A stretch of 64,000 nt of DNA from the NCBI GenBank assembly GCA_965247095.1, contig OZ251997.1, forward strand, positions 96,001 through 160,000, written 5' to 3'. The translations under genes and the position numbers were made by a program. The stretch comes from Candidatus Multivorans sp. (lineage in GTDB: Bacteria; Acidobacteriota; Thermoanaerobaculia; Multivoradales; Multivoraceae). Each line of letters begins with the position of its first letter. Position 1 is the stretch's first letter. The notes under the pieces were generated by a model. It saw only the letters and a program-made list of their open reading frames with translations. It made no database searches and was not told where the DNA came from. Of the stretch, positions 62,571 through 64,000 are shown one piece after another.

Positions 62571-63332
62571 ATGAATATCGAAGGGAAAGTGGCCGTCGTC
62601 ACCGGTTCGTCGTCGGGTGTCGGTCAGGCGACGGCGGAACTGCTGGCGAGCCTCGGAGCGGCGGTGGTCGTGAACTACCACAGCGGCGTCGAAGCCGCCG
62701 AGCGGATCGTCGGCGGCATCCGGGAGGCCGGCGGCGCCGCCGTTGCGGTGCAGGCAGATGTTCGCCGCGACGCCGACTGCCGTGGCCTGATCGAGTCCGC
62801 GGTGGACGCGTTCGGCGCCCTGCACATTCTGGTGAACAACGCGGGCATGACCCACTTCATCGCGCACGACGACCTGGAGGGCGTCACCGACGGCGTGTGG
62901 GACGACATCATCGGCGCCAATCTGCGCGGCGTCTTCAACTGCACGCGGGCCGCGGCGCCGCACATGAAGAAGGCGGGCGAAGGCGCTGTCGTCAACGTGG
63001 CCTCCGTGGCCGGCTTCGGCGGCGGCGGCAGCAGCATCCCCTATGCGGCGTCCAAGGCCGGCGTCATCGTGATGACCAAGTCCTTGGCGCGTGTCCTCGG
63101 CCCGGAGATCCGGGTCAACACGATCGCCCCGGGGTTCATCGAGGGGCGCTGGCTTCACGGCGGCCTCGGGGAGGAGGTCTACGAGACGGCCCGCCAGCGC
63201 TTGAGTGCCGCGGCGCCGCTCGGGGCCGTGGCGACCGCCGAGACCTGCGCCGACGCGATCGTCGCCCTGATCGAGCGCAACGTGTTCGTCACCGGCCACA
63301 CGGTGACGGTCGACGGCGGCCTGAGCCTGTAG
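62571..63332 (+). CDS. SDR family oxidoreductase
   Basis: TGSSSGVG, NNAG, YAASK and VDGG motifs. Confidence 0.92.
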   Translation: MNIEGKVAVVTGSSSGVGQATAELLASLGAAVVVNYHSGVEAAERIVGGIREAGGAAVAVQADVRRDADCRGLIESAVDAFGALHILVNNAGMTHFIAHDDLEGVTDGVWDDIIGANLRGVFNCTRAAAPHMKKAGEGAVVNVASVAGFGGGGSSIPYAASKAGVIVMTKSLARVLGPEIRVNTIAPGFIEGRWLHGGLGEEVYETARQRLSAAAPLGAVATAETCADAIVALIERNVFVTGHTVTVDGGLSL

Positions 63333-63343
63333 TCGAAGCCCTG

Positions 63344-63368
63344 GGACGCGGGCGTCTCGCCCGCATCC
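63344..63368. terminator. GC hairpin between convergent genes
   Basis: GGACGCGGGCG-tct-CGCCCGCATCC; no U-tract. Confidence 0.35.
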
Positions 63369-63372
63369 GGCG

Positions 63373-64000
63373 TCAACCGGCGGTCAACCGCTCCTCCGCC
63401 ACCGTCAGCGCCTCGATCCGTTCCCGGTCGACCTCGACGCCCAGGCCCGGGCCGTCCGGCACGTCGACCCAGCCTTCGGCGTCCATCGTCCACTCCGGGG
63501 TCACGATGTCCTGCGCCCAGTAGCGGTTGCTCGGACTCACGTCGCCCGGGATGGTGAAGTTCGGCAGCGACGCCAGCGCCACGTTGTAGGCGCGGCCGAT
63601 GCCGCTTTCGAGCATGCCGCCGCACCACACGGGGATGCCGTTCGCGGCGCACAGGTCGTGGATCGCCCTGGACGCGGTGAAGCCCGCCACCCGGCCGGGC
63701 TTGATGTTGATGATCCTGCCGCTCTCAAGACGGATCATGTCCTCGGCGCGGGCGATGTTCGTGATCGATTCGTCGAGGCAGATCGGCGTCCGCATGCGAC
63801 GTTGAAGTTCGGCGTGGCGGGCCACGTCGTCCCAGGCCAGGGGCTGTTCGACCATGACGAGCTCGAAGTCGTCGAGCCGGAGCAGGTGGTCCGTGTCGTC
63901 GAGGGTGTAGGCGTTGTTCGCGTCGGCCATGAGCGGCGCATCGGGACCGAGCCGGTCGCGGACGGCCCGCAGGTACGGCAGGTCCTGGCCGGGCTTGATC
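63373..64000 (-). CDS. menC: o-succinylbenzoate synthase / N-acylamino acid racemase (enolase superfamily), 5' end outside window
   Basis: IKPG, ADAN, EQP, CLDES, NIKPGRV, WCGGMLE and PGD motifs. Confidence 0.85.
   Translation of the reverse strand, partial: IKPGQDLPYLRAVRDRLGPDAPLMADANNAYTLDDTDHLLRLDDFELVMVEQPLAWDDVARHAELQRRMRTPICLDESITNIARAEDMIRLESGRIINIKPGRVAGFTASRAIHDLCAANGIPVWCGGMLESGIGRAYNVALASLPNFTIPGDVSPSNRYWAQDIVTPEWTMDAEGWVDVPDGPGLGVEVDRERIEALTVAEERLTAG

Noticed and set aside
61748-64000. Menaquinone operon (crotonase as menB plus menC)
   Set aside because: The crotonase lacks MenB-specific motifs, the genes are convergent, and no other men genes are visible

Overview
High-GC bacterial chromosome segment. 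The gene content (Uma2 protein with RAEG tail, EYACHEGN-type secreted protein, many toxin-antitoxin pairs) suggests an Acidobacteriota-like and possibly host-associated lineage; this is inference only. Core genes: hutI 3' end, M20 peptidase, ispG, a NatAB-like ABC exporter, TPP riboswitch-thiC, aceE-aceF-lpdA, hslR, GST, a YjgN-M48 pair, a TonB receptor, top6B-top6A, elp3-pncB-nadE with a convergent nicotinamidase, crotonase/SDRs and a menC-like gene. Small accessory insertions lie between them: Fic + PIN + HTH-ImmA/IrrE, HipBA, AbrB-VapC, an HD-CE/HSP90-like ATPase directly behind topo VI, and a catalytically dead trypsin-helical-repeat protein. There are also several internally deleted gene remnants. 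I found no rRNA, tRNA, CRISPR array, transposase or integrase. Best candidates for undescribed systems: (i) topo VI followed by the HD-CE/GHKL ATPase; (ii) an autoregulated HTH-IrrE/PIN module facing a Fic AMPylase; (iii) an LtaS-like transferase and a GT-C glycosyltransferase sharing a paralogous C-terminal extracellular domain; (iv) Elp3 translationally coupled to NAD salvage. All calls come from motif recognition by eye; no database search was run.
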